Shown here piece after piece: positions 48,093 to 58,126 of a stretch of DNA of 64,000 bases (position 1 is the first letter of the stretch; every line of letters starts with the position of its first letter). The notes under the pieces are model-generated. The model was not told the DNA's origin, did not search any database, and worked only from the letters and a program-made list of their open reading frames with translations. A program made the position numbers and the translations under genes. The stretch lies in assembly GCA_039090665.1 (NCBI GenBank), contig JAWCSL010000002.1, positions 36,809-100,808 on the forward strand, written 5' to 3'. The DNA comes from Candidatus Aenigmatarchaeota archaeon (GTDB lineage Archaea > Aenigmatarchaeota > Aenigmatarchaeia > CG10238-14 > SCSR01).

Positions 48093-48866
48093 ATGGGTTT
48101 AGGTTTAAAATCTCTCGGAGACACACTCAGTTTTGTGAAAAATAATCCAAAAGTATTTTTCTTAGCATTCCTTTCATCATTATCAGAAGTACCACTTAGT
48201 TTTATTATGCTATCAGATTTGAATTTATTTTGGCTTTCGAATTTGTTTTATCTTATAAGTGCTATGGTAGCTTGTTTGGTCTTTAGCCTTGTTCTTTCGG
48301 TGATAGTAATAGGTGCTTTTCCCCTTGCTGTCTATCAGAGCTTAAAGAAGAAGGAAATTAAACTTACAGAAACACTTAAATCTTCCTTAAAGAAATTTGG
48401 AAAAGTTCTACTTACATTAATTCTACTTGCAAGTATTTTTATTGGCATAATTTCAATACCTTTCTCATTTCTCATTTTATCTATTTTTTTAAATCTTCAA
48501 TACCTTTTCTTAATTTTTATCATATTGTTAATACCTTTTCTTATTCTCTTCATCTTTTTTTCCTTAAGGTTATCCCTAGCCATCCCAATTTTAATGCTTG
48601 AAAATAAAAGTTCATTGGAAAGTATCAAAGAAAGTTGGAAGAAGACAAAAGGTCGAGTTTGGTCTATTCTTGGTGGTTCTCTTCTTCTTACTTTAGTTAT
48701 GATAATAATTTCACTTCCTATAAACCTTTTGGCCATTATTGTAGAAGAAATTCTACAAACTCCTTATACTTCCACTCTAACCAATATTATAACTTCTACA
48801 ATAAATTTAGCCGTATCAACACCATTCGCTACAATTGTTTATCTCAACATCAAGAAAAAGCTCTGA
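48093..48866 (+). CDS. Multi-pass membrane protein (GDPD-membrane-domain-like)
   Basis: About six TM helices and SIKESWKKTKGR motif. Confidence 0.7.
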   Translation: MGLGLKSLGDTLSFVKNNPKVFFLAFLSSLSEVPLSFIMLSDLNLFWLSNLFYLISAMVACLVFSLVLSVIVIGAFPLAVYQSLKKKEIKLTETLKSSLKKFGKVLLTLILLASIFIGIISIPFSFLILSIFLNLQYLFLIFIILLIPFLILFIFFSLRLSLAIPILMLENKSSLESIKESWKKTKGRVWSILGGSLLLTLVMIIISLPINLLAIIVEEILQTPYTSTLTNIITSTINLAVSTPFATIVYLNIKKKL

Positions 48867-48934
48867 AAAATGATTTTTAACTCACTTCCGAAGTTCTAAA
48901 TCTATATCAACAATCTTTTATTCAAAACTAAAAC

Positions 48935-49333
48935 ATGGAGATCAAGAAGAAAATTCTACTACTTACTTGTGCTTTAATCTCATTAGTAGGCTTAGTTTTT
49001 ATCTATTTTTCGTCTTTGGCTATTTCACCAGTTGAAATAAAAATCAGCCGGATAGATTCAAGTCTAATTGGTAGGCTTGTATCTACCACAGGTAAAATTT
49101 CCTATGTGAGAACACATTCTGCAGGTCATATTTTTTTGACATTGGTTGATGAGAATTCAAGAATAGAAGTTCCAATTTTTTCGAGCCTGGCAAGTAAGCT
49201 AAACAGTAACGGAATAACTCAATATGATTTGAAAAAAGGTAAGACTGTGAGGATAACAGGAATTATCGGTGAATACAAAGGTCAGCTCCAAATTGTTCCA
49301 AGAAAACCAACAGACATCCAAATTTTAGATTGA
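48935..49333 (+). CDS. Membrane-anchored OB-fold protein
   Basis: N-terminal TM helix, then GHIFLTLVD...VRITGIIGEYKGQLQIVP. Confidence 0.8.
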   Translation: MEIKKKILLLTCALISLVGLVFIYFSSLAISPVEIKISRIDSSLIGRLVSTTGKISYVRTHSAGHIFLTLVDENSRIEVPIFSSLASKLNSNGITQYDLKKGKTVRITGIIGEYKGQLQIVPRKPTDIQILD

Positions 49334-49336
49334 AGT

Positions 49337-50578
49337 ATGTTGGATTTTGTGTTGATTTCAATTCTTGGACTCTCTCTAGGTTTATTTTTAGGTTTGATGC
49401 CAAGCATGCATATTAACACTTTATTGCCCTTGCTTCTCTCCCTTTCAACATTTTTTAACTTATCATCTCACCATTTAGCAGTTCTAATAGTTTCAACAGC
49501 TATGAGTGAAATTTTCTTCAATTTCATTCCCTCAATTTTCATCGGTGCACCTGAAGAAGGTACGGCTCTATCTGTTCTTCCAGGCCACAAACTTCTTCTC
49601 GAAGGAAGAGGTTATGAAGCAATTAAGCTTACGGTCATAGGTAGCATAGGTTCCTTAATTTTCACACTTTTTCTAATAACTTTTCTTTCACCTTTTTTCA
49701 CATTTTTCTATAAACTCACAAGATCATACATACATTTTGCTATAATTGCTGTTATTGCTTTTATGATTTTTTCTGAGAGAAAGCTAAAGAAAATAATCTT
49801 TTCAGCTTCCATAATTCTGCTTTCTGGATTTTTTGGAGTGCTTGTTTTGAATTCTCAATTTTTACCTTCACAACATGTTCTTTTTCCCGTTTTGACAGGT
49901 ATGTTCGGTATGAGTACCTTAATCATAAGCTTTTGTGAAAATTCAAAAATTCCAGAACAAGAAGAAGATTTTCTTTTAAAAATTTCAACAAAAGAAATTT
50001 TGAAATCAATTTTTTTAGGCTCAGTTGCCGGTATCATTGTAGGCTTTTTACCAGCAGTGGGAATTTCAGAAGCTGCTGTGATGGTGCAATATTTAGGAGG
50101 AAGAGGTGATGCAAGAAGCTTTCTAGTTACACTTTCTGGAATTAATGTTGGAAATGAAGTTTTTTCCTTAATTTCTCTTTACTTAGTTTCAAACCCAAGA
50201 AGTGGTTCAAGTGTTGTAATTCAAAGAATTTTGACGGAGCTAAGCTTTTATGATGTTTTGCTTTTAGTTGGAGCTATTTGTTTTGTTTCAGGCATTTCAG
50301 CTTTATTTACACTTTATCTTAGTAAACAAATACCAAAATTCTTAGTCAAGCTAGATTACAAAACTTTAACTCTTTCAATTATAACTTTCATTTGTGGTAT
50401 GGTCTTCATATGGACTGGAATTATTGGCTTAATTATACTTTCAATTTCAACTGCAATTGGCTTACTTTGTGTTCATTTAGAAGTAAGGAGAAGTCATTGT
50501 ATGGGTGTTCTTTTGATTCCAAGCATTTTGTTTTTTGCAGGTTTAAACTCTTCAATTCTTTCAGCATTAAGAATTTAA
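49337..50578 (+). CDS. Archaeal TctA-like (tripartite tricarboxylate transporter) membrane protein
   Basis: GLMPSMHINT, FIPSIFIGAP, SVLPGH and GFLPAVG motifs with about 11-12 TM helices. Confidence 0.85.
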   Translation: MLDFVLISILGLSLGLFLGLMPSMHINTLLPLLLSLSTFFNLSSHHLAVLIVSTAMSEIFFNFIPSIFIGAPEEGTALSVLPGHKLLLEGRGYEAIKLTVIGSIGSLIFTLFLITFLSPFFTFFYKLTRSYIHFAIIAVIAFMIFSERKLKKIIFSASIILLSGFFGVLVLNSQFLPSQHVLFPVLTGMFGMSTLIISFCENSKIPEQEEDFLLKISTKEILKSIFLGSVAGIIVGFLPAVGISEAAVMVQYLGGRGDARSFLVTLSGINVGNEVFSLISLYLVSNPRSGSSVVIQRILTELSFYDVLLLVGAICFVSGISALFTLYLSKQIPKFLVKLDYKTLTLSIITFICGMVFIWTGIIGLIILSISTAIGLLCVHLEVRRSHCMGVLLIPSILFFAGLNSSILSALRI

Positions 50579-50601
50579 ATTTTAAACTTTTTTATTAGAT
50601 A

Positions 50602-50967
50602 ATGAAAAAGTTGGAACGATATTTAGAACTTTTAAAAAAAGATTACATTTCTAGTTGGAAATGTGAGGGGGAGGAAAAAACTAGAATAAACCATGTAAGA
50701 ATTATAATTGAGCTTTTGGACGGAAAACCAGAAAAATTGTGGGAAGAAAATTTTCCAAGTGAAGTTGAAAAATATGAGAGACAAAGATTTAGAAAATATA
50801 TGAACACTAGAACATCACACCATATAAAGTCAACTATTAGAGCAATGAGAAAAGATAGTAAGTTGGTGAGAGAGGTTTGTGAATATTACAAAAAGAGAAA
50901 TGAAGAAGAAAAAAATATCTTGAGTAAAATCAAAAAATTTCTTTATCGAAAGAAAGTGAAAGTATGA
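50602..50967 (+). CDS. Hypothetical protein
   Basis: 121-aa charged ORF whose stop overlaps the alaS start. Confidence 0.55.
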   Translation: MKKLERYLELLKKDYISSWKCEGEEKTRINHVRIIIELLDGKPEKLWEENFPSEVEKYERQRFRKYMNTRTSHHIKSTIRAMRKDSKLVREVCEYYKKRNEEEKNILSKIKKFLYRKKVKV

Positions 50968-53288
50968 TGACGAAAAAAGAATTAATTCAAGAATTTCAAA
51001 AAAACCCAGACCGTTATTGGAAGGTTAAACTCTTTGACGAATTAAACTTTAAAAGAAGGCAGTGTAGCAAATGTGGTAAATATTTCTGGTCAATTAAAGA
51101 GCAAGAAACTTGCAATGATTCAACTTGCAGAACTTACGATTTCATAGGTAAGCCACCAACAAAAAAGAGCTGGGATATTTTTAAGACTTGGAAAAAAATT
51201 CAGAAATTTTTTGTCGATAATAATCACATCACTCTCAACCGCTATCCTACAGTTTGCAGATGGTATCCACTTTACTTCACAATTGCAGGAATAGTAAATT
51301 TTTATAGAGTTGGTGAAGATGGAAGCCTAGACTGGGAGTTTCCAGCAAACCCAACTATAATGTTACAACCTTGTTTGCGCTTCAATGATATACCAAATGT
51401 TGGTCTGAATTCAAAAAGCTTCACTTGTTTTGGTATGGTTCAGCAAACTTCTCTCTTTGATGGAAAAAATGGTTATTGGAAAGATAAATGTATAGAGTTA
51501 GATTTTGAACTATTGACAAAAGTTTTCGGAATTAAACCAGAAGAAATAAACTTCATAGAAGATGCTTGGCTCGGTTATGCTGCTTTTGGAAGTAGTTTGG
51601 AATACCATGTTCAAGGAATAGAGCTTGGTAATGCGGTCTTCACGGAATTTCTAGGAACGCCTGAAAATTACAGAGAAGCAAAAGAAAAAATAATTGATAT
51701 GGGTGCTGGTTGGGAAAGGTTTACTTGGATAACTCAAGGCACACCTACTTGCTACGATGCAGCTTTTGGTCCAGTTTTGGAAAAAATGAAAAAAGCTTGT
51801 GAGATAAAATATGATAAAAAGTTTTTTGCACAATACTCAAAAATTTCAGGAAGGATCAATCTTGATGAGTTTGCCGATTTTAAACCAGTTTTACAATCTT
51901 TAGCTAAAACACTTAAAGTATCTCCTGAAGAACTGCAAAAAATAATTGAACCTTTGCAAGCTTTGTACGCAATAGCAGATCATACAAGAGCTTTAGTTTT
52001 TGCAATTGCAGATGGTGGTCTGCCTAGTAATGTTGCAGGTGGCTACAACTTAAGAGTAATTTTAAGAAGATCATTGAGTTTCATAGACAAGTTTGGATGG
52101 AATTTGAAAATAGAGGATGTTGCTCATTGGCATGTAGAGTATTTGAAAAAAATGTTTCCGGAGCTTGAAGAAAAAATAGAAGAAATTGAAAAGATTTTGC
52201 GAGTTGAAACTAATAGATATAAAAATACCAGAGAAAGAGTTAGTAGAATCGTACAAACCTTTGCCGGGAGAAAACCAACAGAAGAAGAATTGATAAGGTT
52301 ATACGATTCTGAAGGGATAACACCTGAGCAACTTGGAATAGAAGTTTCTTCTGATTTTTATACGAAGATTACGGAAAGACATATGGTTGAGAAAAAAGAA
52401 AGTGAAAAAATAGCTTTGGATGTTTCTGGCTTACCAAAAACAAAAATTCTTTACTATGATGATGTTATCAATTTTCAAGCAAAAGTTTTGAAAGTTTCAG
52501 GAAATTTTGTTGTTCTTGATCAAACAGCTTTTTATCCAACTTCTGGTGGTCAAGAGCATGATACGGGCTACATTGGTGATAATAAAGTTGTTGATGTGAT
52601 TAAGATTCATTCTATTATAGTTCATCAGCTTGAAGAATGTAACTTAAAAGAGGGACAGATTGTTGATTGTAAAGTTGACAAAAAGAGAAGGGAAATTTTA
52701 AAGAAACATCATGATGCAATTCACATAATAAGTGGGGCTGCAAGAAAAATTTTGGGTTCACATGTACATCAATATGGTGCAGAAAAAACAGAAGAAAAAG
52801 CAAGAATTGATATCACACACTTTGAAGCTTTAAGTGAAGATGAAGAAGAAAAGATAGAAAAACTTGCAAATGAAATTGTGCAAAAAGGTTTGAGGATAAA
52901 TAAGTTTGTTTTGGAAAGAGGTGAAGCTGAAAAGAAATATGGTTTTGGAATTTATGCGGGTGGTTACATACCTTCAAGAAAGCTTAGAATTGTTGAAATT
53001 GAAGGATTCGATGTTGAAGCTTGTGGAGGTTTGCATGGTGACAACACAAAAGAAGTAGGTTTGATTAAAATTTTGAGAACAAAAAGAATTGCTGATGGTT
53101 TGGTTAGAATTGAAATAAAAGCAGGAGAAGTTGCTTTAGAATATTTGAAAGAAAAAGAAAAAATACTTGAAGAAGTAGAAAAGAGGTTGAATGTAAAAGG
53201 AGAAAAAGTAGTTGAAGCCGTAAAGGAACTATTTGAAAAATGGAAAAAACTCAGAAAACAGTTGAAAAAAATGAGGAAGAAAAAATGA
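50964..53288 (+). CDS. alaS: Alanyl-tRNA synthetase (archaeal type, C-terminally shortened)
   Basis: QPCLRFND, ELGNAVF, IDMGAGWER, IADHTR, FYPTSGGQ and editing motifs HDAIH and EACGGLH. Confidence 0.95.
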   Translation: MMTKKELIQEFQKNPDRYWKVKLFDELNFKRRQCSKCGKYFWSIKEQETCNDSTCRTYDFIGKPPTKKSWDIFKTWKKIQKFFVDNNHITLNRYPTVCRWYPLYFTIAGIVNFYRVGEDGSLDWEFPANPTIMLQPCLRFNDIPNVGLNSKSFTCFGMVQQTSLFDGKNGYWKDKCIELDFELLTKVFGIKPEEINFIEDAWLGYAAFGSSLEYHVQGIELGNAVFTEFLGTPENYREAKEKIIDMGAGWERFTWITQGTPTCYDAAFGPVLEKMKKACEIKYDKKFFAQYSKISGRINLDEFADFKPVLQSLAKTLKVSPEELQKIIEPLQALYAIADHTRALVFAIADGGLPSNVAGGYNLRVILRRSLSFIDKFGWNLKIEDVAHWHVEYLKKMFPELEEKIEEIEKILRVETNRYKNTRERVSRIVQTFAGRKPTEEELIRLYDSEGITPEQLGIEVSSDFYTKITERHMVEKKESEKIALDVSGLPKTKILYYDDVINFQAKVLKVSGNFVVLDQTAFYPTSGGQEHDTGYIGDNKVVDVIKIHSIIVHQLEECNLKEGQIVDCKVDKKRREILKKHHDAIHIISGAARKILGSHVHQYGAEKTEEKARIDITHFEALSEDEEEKIEKLANEIVQKGLRINKFVLERGEAEKKYGFGIYAGGYIPSRKLRIVEIEGFDVEACGGLHGDNTKEVGLIKILRTKRIADGLVRIEIKAGEVALEYLKEKEKILEEVEKRLNVKGEKVVEAVKELFEKWKKLRKQLKKMRKKK

Positions 53289-53446
53289 TTTCGAAAAAAG
53301 AGTTTGAAGAACTCAAGAAAAAAGAGAAAATATTGAAAAAGGCAGCAGAAATTCTCAGAGTTGAAGATAAAGATTTGCCTAGGGTTATAGAAAGATTTCA
53401 AAAGGAAATAAAAGAAATGGAAGAAAAACTGAAAGGGTTTGCTTAG
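53285..53446 (+). CDS. 53-aa helical protein similar to the AlaRS C-terminal helices
   Basis: MISKKEFEELKKKEKILKKAAEILRVEDKDLPRVIERFQKEIKEMEEKLKGFA; ATGA overlap with the alaS stop. Confidence 0.7.
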   Translation: MISKKEFEELKKKEKILKKAAEILRVEDKDLPRVIERFQKEIKEMEEKLKGFA

Positions 53447-53452
53447 CAAAAC

Positions 53453-54046
53453 TTAAACTTTTTTTGGCAGAATTATCAAACCTTCTTTTTTATCGCCTAG
53501 AGCGATATAATTTTTTTCCAGATAGAACTTTCCCACTAGAGCGCAAGTTATTGCATCCAGTTCGTGATCTGTTATTTTTTCTTTTTCAATACCTTTTTTA
53601 ATTCCAAGTTTTATCAAAGCTTTTTTCAGTTTTTCTTTACCTTTTTGTTTTCTAGGAATTCCTAGCAAATCTTGAGCTGCCCCGGGAAAACTTTCAATCA
53701 CTTTGTATCCTTTTTCTTCAAAAAACTTCTTTAATTTTATTCCCCTTTTTGTTAAACTTCTCATAGGCCCAAGAGTGATTGGAAAGAATTTTATTCTCAT
53801 TTTTAACAATTCTTTGTCACAGGCTCTAAAATGGGGAGGACCTTTTTGTTCTAGGCTTTTTCTTCCTTTTGGTAAGCTTAGAGGAGCGTCTATGCTTATG
53901 ATATCAGGATTTCTTTTGAGAGTTTCTTCAATTATTTCTTTGTCTGAATGTAAAACAAAAGTTTCACAGTTCAAATTTTCATCCATAAAACAAAATCCAG
54001 TAGCTTGTTTTTTGCTACCAGCCAAATCTATACCCACAATCTTCAT
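53453..54046 (-). CDS. DUF429-like RNase H-fold predicted nuclease
   Basis: VGIDLAG, SIDAPLSLP, RACDKEL, IESFPG and HELDAITCA motifs. Confidence 0.85.
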   Translation of the reverse strand: MKIVGIDLAGSKKQATGFCFMDENLNCETFVLHSDKEIIEETLKRNPDIISIDAPLSLPKGRKSLEQKGPPHFRACDKELLKMRIKFFPITLGPMRSLTKRGIKLKKFFEEKGYKVIESFPGAAQDLLGIPRKQKGKEKLKKALIKLGIKKGIEKEKITDHELDAITCALVGKFYLEKNYIALGDKKEGLIILPKKV

Positions 54047-54142
54047 GTTAATTCCAATAAATAAAAATCATTCAGAAGTTTTAAATAGAATCTTGATTAA
54101 ACCAAAAAGAAAATCCTTTCTTCTTCATTTTCAACACCAAAA

Positions 54143-54592
54143 CTAAATTTTAACACACTCTACAGGTGGATAAAGCATTATTTCACACAAGAGATTCATG
54201 ATATTTTCTTCTGTTACATTTTCTTCTTCCAAATCCTTTTCTTGAAGATAAATTACGTTTTCAGTTATGTTAAAGCCTATCAAGTGGAGTCTTGTTGGAG
54301 TTTCATCGAGCAAAACCTTTTCAAGAAAAACTTTATCAGGATATTTGTTTGCAATAGATTCAAGGATAGAGATTTTTTCTTGACAATCCTTACAATTTCT
54401 TCCATAAAAGAATTCCATCAGAACTCTACCTTGTCTCAAGGCTAAATTTTTTTGTTGAATATCGAGCTCATACTCAACTATATTGCCTGTAGGTAAGCTA
54501 GGTTGAATTAATAAGGAAGAAATTAAGTAAATTAGAGTAGAGCTGAGTACAAGCAAGATCAGCATCCATCCGAGTAAGACTGATTTTTTCAT
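54143..54592 (-). CDS. Membrane-anchored thioredoxin-like protein
   Basis: Start MKKSVLLGWMLILLVL (TM helix) and FFYGRNCKDC (CxxC). Confidence 0.65.
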   Translation of the reverse strand: MKKSVLLGWMLILLVLSSTLIYLISSLLIQPSLPTGNIVEYELDIQQKNLALRQGRVLMEFFYGRNCKDCQEKISILESIANKYPDKVFLEKVLLDETPTRLHLIGFNITENVIYLQEKDLEEENVTEENIMNLLCEIMLYPPVECVKI

Positions 54593-54640
54593 ACTTAAGA
54601 GATTTAATCTTAAAGTATTAAAATTTTTTATAGATAAAAA

Positions 54641-55432
54641 ATGGTCCTGGAAAGATTGGTAAATGTTAGGATTGCCTTGAAACAACCTTTTTGGGTATTT
54701 ATCTTGGGTGGTCTAATTTCTACAATATGCTTAGCCTTATCTTTTATTGTTTTTGGTGAATCCGCAGGTTTGATAAGCAATTTCTTAATAACTTTTGCTA
54801 TAATGCCTTTTATGCTTGATTTCATAAGATACGAAGGAGCTAACATAGAGCAAAAAGCCGAAGAATTGAAGAAAATGAATATTTTCCAGAGACATAGAAA
54901 TGTCATCATGGTCTACATAGCTTTTTTTGCAGGCATGGTCTTAACTCAAACAATTCTCTATATGATGATACCAGAAAGTTGGTCCCAAAAACTCTTTCAA
55001 GACCAAATCACACAAATTAATTTAATAAGAGGCAGAGCCACATTTGGTGGAACATTTTCCACAATATTGATAAACAATTCTGGTGTGTTAATGCTTTCCT
55101 TCCTTTTTTCCTTTCTCTTCGGTGCAGGAGCAATTTTTATCTTAGCCTGGAATGCTTCAGTTCTTTCCGTTGCCATAGGGATGACTGCAAAAAGTTTGGG
55201 TGGTTTTAAAGGGATACCCCTAGCTATTTTGACTTTCTTTCCACACGGAAGTCTTGAAATTTTGGCTTACTTCATAGGAGGAATTGCAGGTGGACTAGCC
55301 TCAGTTGCTTTCACAAAAAGAAAAACAGAAAAATTTAGCTTCATATTGAGAGATAGCATTGAAATGATGATGGTAGCTTTTGCTTTGCTTATGATAGCTG
55401 CAGCTATAGAAACAACTTTAATTGTTGTTTGA
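54641..55432 (+). CDS. SpoIIM (stage II sporulation protein M)-family membrane protein
   Basis: ILINN, LAWNAS, PHGSLEI and AAAIE motifs. Confidence 0.85.
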   Translation: MVLERLVNVRIALKQPFWVFILGGLISTICLALSFIVFGESAGLISNFLITFAIMPFMLDFIRYEGANIEQKAEELKKMNIFQRHRNVIMVYIAFFAGMVLTQTILYMMIPESWSQKLFQDQITQINLIRGRATFGGTFSTILINNSGVLMLSFLFSFLFGAGAIFILAWNASVLSVAIGMTAKSLGGFKGIPLAILTFFPHGSLEILAYFIGGIAGGLASVAFTKRKTEKFSFILRDSIEMMMVAFALLMIAAAIETTLIVV

Positions 55433-58126
55433 TCACTCCAAATAAATTCCAGGCTTACCATATTTTGCTTTTGATGACTTGTTTTGTGGATCATACTTCT
55501 TCTCATCAGAAACCTTGAAACCGAAAATTTTCTTGAACCCAAATTTTTCTTTCAAATACTTTACATTTTCTTTAAAATATTCTAGCTCTTTATCAGTTAC
55601 AAAGTAAAAGTAAGCTTTCTCTTTTTCTCCAGCAAGTTTTCTTACTTGAGAGATGTCTTCCATTAACTTCTGGAAGATTTGCTCAAGCTCGATTACACTC
55701 TTATCAATTTTATTTTCTATAACTTCTGGCCATTTAGCTAAACAAATAAAACCTTCATTTCCTAGCTCATGCCACCACTCTTCAGTCAAATGTGGTAAAA
55801 CAGGAGCCAACAATTTCACCATAGTGCTAACAGCATCTGAAATTATTTGCCTATTACAATTCTTGATTCCTCCACATCTTTCCACATATTCTTTCAAGTC
55901 ATTAACAAACTCGAAAAGAGCAACTTGAACAGCTGTTCTGAACTTTAATTCTTCATAAGCTTCTGTAACCCTTTTCACATTTTGTTGGACTTTACTTTGA
56001 ATTAGCAGATCGATTTTCTTCATTTCTTCCCTTTCAGCTTTCTTCAGATTTTTGATTAATTTTGAAATGAATTTAATTCTTGAAGCATAAATTGGAATAT
56101 TTTCATCTCTCCAATCAGCATCATCCAAATTTTCAGCAGAAGCTATTATATTTATTCTAACCAAATCGCTCCCAATTTTCTTCACCAAATCTTTCAAAGG
56201 TATTATGTTGCCCTTGGACTTACTCATTTTTGTCCCGCTGACATTAACAAAACCGTTCACACCTATAGCCTTTGGCCAATATTTTGAATCATCCCAAATT
56301 GCAACATGATGGAAAAGATAAAATGTCAAGTGGTTTTGCACGAGATCTTTGCCAGAGTTTCTTAAATCGACAGGATAGAAATACTCGAACTCCTTCCTCA
56401 TCTCTTCTATAATCTCTTTATCTAATCCAGAATTCTTGCTCACTTCCTCTATATTCCCTTTTCCTAGGAACACATAATCAAAAACTTCATCTCTCAGACT
56501 TTTAGCTCTCACTTTTTTCTCATTTATAACTTTTGCTATAGTGTAATAAGCCATATATATCACACTATCAGAAAGAGTTTCGATTTTCCAGCTCTTATCC
56601 CAAGGTAAAGGTGTTCCTAGACCGGTTTTTCTAGTACAAGCTTTATCTTTCAACCAATCTACAGTGTTCAAGAACTGACTTCTTATCTCTTCTGGATAAA
56701 ACTTCATAGCTTTTATACATTCCCTCACCTTTTCTTTCCAATTTTCGTCAGAAAACTTCAAGAACCATTGATTTTCTAAAATCTTAACATGGTTTTTTGT
56801 TCCACATCTACAAATTACCAAGCCCGTTGATTCCCACATTATGTCAGCTATACCTTTCTCGATGAAATCTCTTGAAAGTTTTTCCTTACATTCAGAAACC
56901 TTCATTCCAGAATATTCACCGCAATTCTCTTTCAAAACACCAAGATGGAACTCTTTTTTGTAAACTTGGGAAGTAGCTTCTTCTAATTTCTCTTTATCAT
57001 TTTGATCTTTTATTCCTAACTTTTCGCAAAATTCTATTCCTGGATGATCACCAAATCCAGGAGTTTTTATGAGCGAGACTGGTTCAATTTCAAGCACAAC
57101 TTTTGGATCAATTCCATATTTTTTCACTTCTTCAGGATTCTTTTGTAAATCATAAAGACCAATCCAGTCATAAGGAGCATGAGAAGGTACGGACATCACA
57201 ATCCCAGTAGCAGCATCAGGATCTACAAAACTTGCAGGCAAAACTATAACTTTATTTCCATTCACTGGATTTTCCACATATTTACCAACAAGCTCAGATC
57301 CTTTTATGCTACTCAAAACCTCAACTTTTTTCATTTGATCTTTAAGTTTTTCAACAGCTTCTTTACTCAAAAGCCAAGTTTCAGAATCAACTTTAGCCCA
57401 AACATATTCAACATTTGGATTAATCCAAAGATTTGTTACACCATAAGTAGTTTCTGGTCTTAAAGTACCACACGGCAAAATTTCTCCAGACTCTAACTTG
57501 AATTTTATCAAAATGTAATCTATTGGACTTTCTCCTTCACCTTTAAGTCTATCATGATCTCCTGTTGGTGATTGACACTTCGGGCACCAAATAACTGGAT
57601 GAGTACCTTGAACTACATATCCCTTTTCTCTCAAAGTGTTATATTGCCATTCGATGAAGCGATTGAAGCAGGGATCTATTGCTGTGATGAATTTTCTCCT
57701 CCAATCAACAGAAAGTCCAAATAACCTTGAAGTTTTTTCAATTTTTTTTGCCCAGAATTTTGCCGCAAATTCTGGTCCTTTTTCCACAAAATTCTTTAAA
57801 TCTCTGTCACTAGCACCAAATAAACGGAAAGTTTCTATCTGTGTTTGGTCACCAGCTTTAATCCTTTCTATCGAGCCCAATATAGGTTCACCAGTTGCAT
57901 GAAATCCCATAGCAAGAAGGACATTAAATCCTTGCATCCTTTTAAATCTGGAATAAGCATCAGTCCTGCTGTAAGTAAAAGCATGTCCTATATGCAAGTC
58001 GGCATTCACATAAGGTATGATTATCGAAGTGAAGAATTTTTTCTTGCTTGGATCAACATTTGCTTCAAAAATCTTAGCCTTTTCCCATTCACCTTGCCAT
58101 TTCTTCTCTATTTTTTTCAGATTCAT
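55433..58126 (-). CDS. leuS: Leucyl-tRNA synthetase (archaeal type)
   Basis: PYVNADLHIGH, TLRPET, TGIVMSVPSHAPYD, IETLSDSVIY, GKDLVQNHL and KMSKSKGN motifs. Confidence 0.97.
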   Translation of the reverse strand: MNLKKIEKKWQGEWEKAKIFEANVDPSKKKFFTSIIIPYVNADLHIGHAFTYSRTDAYSRFKRMQGFNVLLAMGFHATGEPILGSIERIKAGDQTQIETFRLFGASDRDLKNFVEKGPEFAAKFWAKKIEKTSRLFGLSVDWRRKFITAIDPCFNRFIEWQYNTLREKGYVVQGTHPVIWCPKCQSPTGDHDRLKGEGESPIDYILIKFKLESGEILPCGTLRPETTYGVTNLWINPNVEYVWAKVDSETWLLSKEAVEKLKDQMKKVEVLSSIKGSELVGKYVENPVNGNKVIVLPASFVDPDAATGIVMSVPSHAPYDWIGLYDLQKNPEEVKKYGIDPKVVLEIEPVSLIKTPGFGDHPGIEFCEKLGIKDQNDKEKLEEATSQVYKKEFHLGVLKENCGEYSGMKVSECKEKLSRDFIEKGIADIMWESTGLVICRCGTKNHVKILENQWFLKFSDENWKEKVRECIKAMKFYPEEIRSQFLNTVDWLKDKACTRKTGLGTPLPWDKSWKIETLSDSVIYMAYYTIAKVINEKKVRAKSLRDEVFDYVFLGKGNIEEVSKNSGLDKEIIEEMRKEFEYFYPVDLRNSGKDLVQNHLTFYLFHHVAIWDDSKYWPKAIGVNGFVNVSGTKMSKSKGNIIPLKDLVKKIGSDLVRINIIASAENLDDADWRDENIPIYASRIKFISKLIKNLKKAEREEMKKIDLLIQSKVQQNVKRVTEAYEELKFRTAVQVALFEFVNDLKEYVERCGGIKNCNRQIISDAVSTMVKLLAPVLPHLTEEWWHELGNEGFICLAKWPEVIENKIDKSVIELEQIFQKLMEDISQVRKLAGEKEKAYFYFVTDKELEYFKENVKYLKEKFGFKKIFGFKVSDEKKYDPQNKSSKAKYGKPGIYLE

